A stretch of DNA of 64,000 nucleotides, from NCBI GenBank assembly GCA_963742945.1, contig CAVUNX010000010.1:7234-71233 (forward strand). Direction: 5' to 3'. How positions within the stretch are numbered: position 1 is the stretch's first letter; each line of letters begins with the position of its first letter. Below are positions 63,201 to 64,000 of this stretch, piece after piece. The DNA comes from an uncultured Solirubrobacterales bacterium. GTDB lineage: Bacteria > Actinomycetota > Thermoleophilia > Solirubrobacterales > Solirubrobacteraceae. A program made the translations under genes and the position numbers. The notes below the pieces were generated by a model. That model was not told the origin of the DNA. It worked only from the letters and a program-made list of their open reading frames with translations, and ran no database searches.

Positions 63201-63843
63201 TGCGCTACAGACACAAGCCGTGATACCGCCGGGTATGGCTATAAACGGTGCCGAAGGAGTACCATATATCGCACAAGCCTCCGGATGGTCGATCCAGGCT
63301 GGAGAAAATCAGGCGAAAGGGGACGCCCAGAACTACGAAGTCGAGTTACAGAAAGCGGCTGAACGAGAAGCCGAAGAAAAATCATGCGCCATCGCAAGCA
63401 TGTGCGTCGCGCCGGAAGAAGGTGGAGCAGAAGAACCAGGGGAAGAATACGACCCAGAAGGCCTCGCATCGTACAAGACGACCAAGCGGCGCGCAGGCCA
63501 ACTGCGCAAAGACGCTACAAACGGAGCCCTGATCGGTCTTGCGCTCGATATAGGTGTGCCAGGTGCCGCCGATGGCGGTGCTGCGTATGCCGCAATACTG
63601 GAGGCGTCCGCGTATAATCTTGAATTGTGCGTTGAAACTGGGAAAGCAATGGGACGCAATAACGGGAGTTGGGGCACGTGCTATATCAACGAATGGCGAG
63701 CCGAAAAGTGGGGCCTCAGCGTGCCCGTCTCTGCCTCAGCTGAATTCTGCGAATACGTCGGTACACGACAGTGGGGCAAAAAATCACATAAAATCTACTA
63801 TTGCGTTGACGCCAAAGAGGACCGATGGGGTCCATGGTTCTGA
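54283..63843 (+). CDS. Giant secreted YD/RHS-repeat protein with three NHL beta-propellers, Ig-like and FN3 domains (teneurin-like polymorphic protein), 3186 aa
   Basis: Signal peptide, NHL repeats (GxxxDxxGNVWVxDxxNxRVxxF), YD repeats, RHS-core-like 'LHDLQGDV...EFG...YSWLG...MG..YVPQLGR', and DPEG before a 126-aa tip. Confidence 0.9.
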   Translation: MRVALRMLVVCVACAVLLVIGSAGYVGLAAPSVGRASKALVLKSQTSKHPRRSKHRRRYRRHKVERHVHRRRRVSSHRPPIVPRSKRAHASLGPVVQIGAEVLSGSEATPPAGSTETSSPSNISAREESSTAYEGLSPLAAETAMQEKFPAIVENEDGGPPPLAEGQRTIGFPSDFAMSVDLGGGTHALVESHAPLALESDEGKRTPLDLSLREVQGGFEPTVGLAAIRLPLRASEGASLTDSGVSLTPVTEKGSALGGANGVRDHASVFYGDTESASAGTQDLSMLAKPTTYGFEMFSTLFSARSPEHLYFKVGLPEGATLEQGRPGEALIMNAGKALSVVLASSASDADGTAVPVVMSIASSDTIELTVARKPGQYRYPLVVDPTLEDLTLMTYQDAAWVPASSNPSLFNDGEWGSDIELFPLSTYPANQFVAWQYETQGKSKIWFFEAESAEVDLYSESETLLEAWAPSGIRANSLLLDNNTNKPLGSNAICAIESIVCVGTQGANKNMVRFVKYILAAGGGYGAFDDALYKARVWISQEESPTVTFNTTSPTIEVKEPNGTIVNRNNVLYPSNKEWIGPFTSTAFEMTAKDPGIGVSFAEVDGNTWSRETFLLTTEKDCKGVQCPQEFKGKYTYFTTTPGFTSPMPSGEYSIQGRAEDPLALAGETHATVRVDALGPQAIKITNLPAGGQIGEGVYKIKVEATDGKTGEPSSGIASLKLGIDGAEAAEPLGSCAKGPCTVTAEWTINGGQLSAGPHVLTVLATDNAGNVEHQNFTIFVHHASPMAVGPGSLDPQSGNYSLGATDVSLGPGLTVSRTYSSRDLTAGIEGSLGPQWGISVGGSSESVEELPDGSMVLSSANGGETVFSRNSKGEFESPAGDTNLTLAVQENTDKLPIAYSLKNLATGTVTKFTRSTGYLQSTPIYYGQIDWQGPSTGQLVVPTGVTADAKGDVWVLDQRSSRVEKFNPQGEYVSQFGYESTGVGGFKQPDSIAVDSKGNLWIADTGNNRIEEFTEGGTYLRKAGTEGTGTLKSPQGIATDASNNVWVTDTGDNRVVEFNETGGYVREAAKTVGTLALSEPIGVATDKSGNAWATDAKNHRVVEFGPTGSAVKEFGSSGSENGKVEKPTGIATDSEGNMWVADSVLNRVQEFNTKGEYLTKVGSTGSGPGQLKKPDFVAIDGRGELLVADIENARVGRWAHSVWTPSTSEGPVTTSAVTYTYKTVLIKGGTVTHPTEVVAPHPAELSCAPTVNKGCRVLRLKYAETTTASGENESQWKDYEGRLKEVLFVAWNPTTTKVEEKAIAQYAYDTQGRLRAEWDPRISPALKTVYGYDSPEGHITAISPPGQEPWLLHYGTIPTDASAGRLLSVTRPAAATELGSWLAPANTALPTLSTSTPAVGVRISVSSNGTWSNTPLAYSYQWEDCNSLGLECVAIPGAVNEGYYPALSDEKRKLVALVTAVNAGGSTTIATTATGLVGAGTPNNPAPEPPNPGTAQLTTIEYAVPLSGTGLQNLTAAEVKKWGQVDVPVEGTAVFPPDTPMGWPAKEYTRATFSYFDAEGHTVNSVNSSGGVSTAEYGPTNNVVRTLGADNRALALAEGEKSVDVAEKLDSRKVYNPEGDELLETLGPEHKVKLSSSEVQARHRIRYSYDQNAPAEKEYRLVTETVSSALVAGKEKDQKITQSRYFGQNGLGWTLRKPTSVTVDPYGLRLTTMTLYDPKTGAVIETGTTKGITQDEISDRPTYVSSFGSYGTGNGQLREPEGGLVTDAAGNVWVSDTENSRLEEFNNKGEFIRTAGSVGEGAGQFRTTLGVAVDASGNVWATDEGNNRVEEFTSEGVFIKTFGWGVSNGEAKFQTCTASCRAGLPGSGNGEFNVPEGIAVDTKGNIFIADRGNHRVQEFNSGIAWVRNMSQPKEKEGPFYLALDSSGNIWVAYSWDNKIGEFSNEGVLLRIWGTGGSGPGQLSDPYGVSPGPEGNIWVSEYGNNRVQVFTPSGEYVYGFGEQGSGPGQFNQAPHGLTFSGSNVYVLDSGIWWENSGNSRVEKWSMTAVSPLAETTIGTNVTQTEVTLNGVVNPNGSTTKYYFEYGTASYGTRTSETTAGSGTTNVKVSLTITGLAPGAYHFRIVASSSAGTTYGEDVTFATPPVYSSSFGSYGTGNGQLREPEGGLVTDAAGNVWVSDTENSRLEEFNNKGEFIRTAGSVGEGAGQFRTTLGVAVDASGNVWATDEGNNRVEEFTSEGVFIKTFGWGVSNGEAKFQTCTASCRAGLPGSGNGEFNVPEGIAVDTKGNIFIADRGNLRVQEFNSSLAWVRNIAQAEEEEGPFYLNIDPKTGNLWVAYSWDNKIGEFTNEGMLIKMWGTAGSGPGELLDPYGVVVGPEGNIWISEYGNNRVQVFTQNGTFLYGFGAKGSGAGQFNQAPHGLAFAGSTVYVLDSGIWWENTGNSRVEKWNVNPEFASTGNAHDHQVIYYSGAANSTYPACGGHVEWEGMPCETLPDAQPGGSAPALPVTTVSAYNMWGEPETIEETFGSTTRSKKTKFDDAGRPESTEETSTAGTALPKVTDGYSETSGQLTKQSTTIGEETQTITSAFDRLGMLTSYTDADKKTTTYEYELSGDGRLVTVTDEKGSQSYAYDPTTGEMTKLLDSAAGTFTANYDAERQLTSETYPNGMTAAYTRDQSGKTTGVEYVKTTHCTEKCVWFSETVASAIGGETLSRSNTLTNDAYIYDPANRLTQTTETPAGKGCTTRIYAYDEESNRTGLTTRAPGLEGKCATEGGTTETHTYDTGNRLIDAGVTYDPFGDTTKLPAADAGGFELTSEYYVDGQVLKQIQNGQTNKYFIDPAGRVRKTVREGTTNLTTIDHYGGGGEALTWTDEGEGKYTRMIPGIDGSLSAIQVNGGAPVLQLHDLQGDVVGTAALSETETKLLSTYNSTEFGVQVNGPPPTKYSWLGDEGVSSELSSGTLIMGTVTYVPQLGRALQTQAVIPPGMAINGAEGVPYIAQASGWSIQAGENQAKGDAQNYEVELQKAAEREAEEKSCAIASMCVAPEEGGAEEPGEEYDPEGLASYKTTKRRAGQLRKDATNGALIGLALDIGVPGAADGGAAYAAILEASAYNLELCVETGKAMGRNNGSWGTCYINEWRAEKWGLSVPVSASAEFCEYVGTRQWGKKSHKIYYCVDAKEDRWGPWF
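59520..61174 (+). repeat. Exact 449-bp direct repeat (59520-59968 = 60726-61174) within a ~0.9-kb propeller duplication
   Basis: Base-by-base comparison shows no mismatch at offset 1206. The alternative-frame ORFs 59690..59923 and 60896..61129 are identical. Confidence 0.92.
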
Positions 63844-64000
63844 GACCCTCAATAGTTTCAGCGCGTTCGATGCGATATCGAATAGATTGTGGTCTTGTAA
63901 TGCCGTGTCGTAGCGCGCTCAGAACGAGCCTCAGGCTAGGATCTGTGGCTGCTGCGGTCATGCTTCTTCTACCTGCGATGATCGGATGTGGTGGGGGGAG

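Overview
High-GC actinobacterial chromosome segment. Gene content and style resemble Thermoleophilia/Solirubrobacterales (Conexibacter-like); this is an inference, not a search result. The backbone (1-45.7 kb) carries satP-acs, a LolD/FtsX-type ABC transporter, an M3B oligoendopeptidase, a complete 14-gene nuoA-N operon (minus strand), a cytochrome c, serS, an Fe3+ ABC transporter, an M15-like wall hydrolase, an S53 peptidase, a phosphoesterase and a split kdpD/kdpE locus. About 20 single-base frameshifts, including several in nuoD-G, look like consensus errors. There are two visibly lower-GC accessory blocks. The first (~12.35-14.3 kb) encodes a secreted neprosin-like glutamic peptidase plus a PepSY-like partner and abuts a truncated PIN-toxin remnant. 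The second (~45.8-64 kb) starts at an IS110 scar and holds a PadR-ABC-ABC-FtsX-YtpB-like terpene synthase operon, a RelE-like ORF, an IclR regulator and a 3186-aa teneurin-like YD/RHS protein with three inserted NHL propellers, an exact 449-bp internal duplication and an unrecognised C-terminal tip. At fine scale, a palindromic repeat sits in-frame inside nuoM and nuoJ and after serS, tiny translationally coupled 'relay' ORFs bridge nuoK-nuoL and nuoG-nuoH, and an 8-unit helically phased GTCAC-like array lies upstream of the phosphoesterase. No rRNA, tRNA or CRISPR array was seen.
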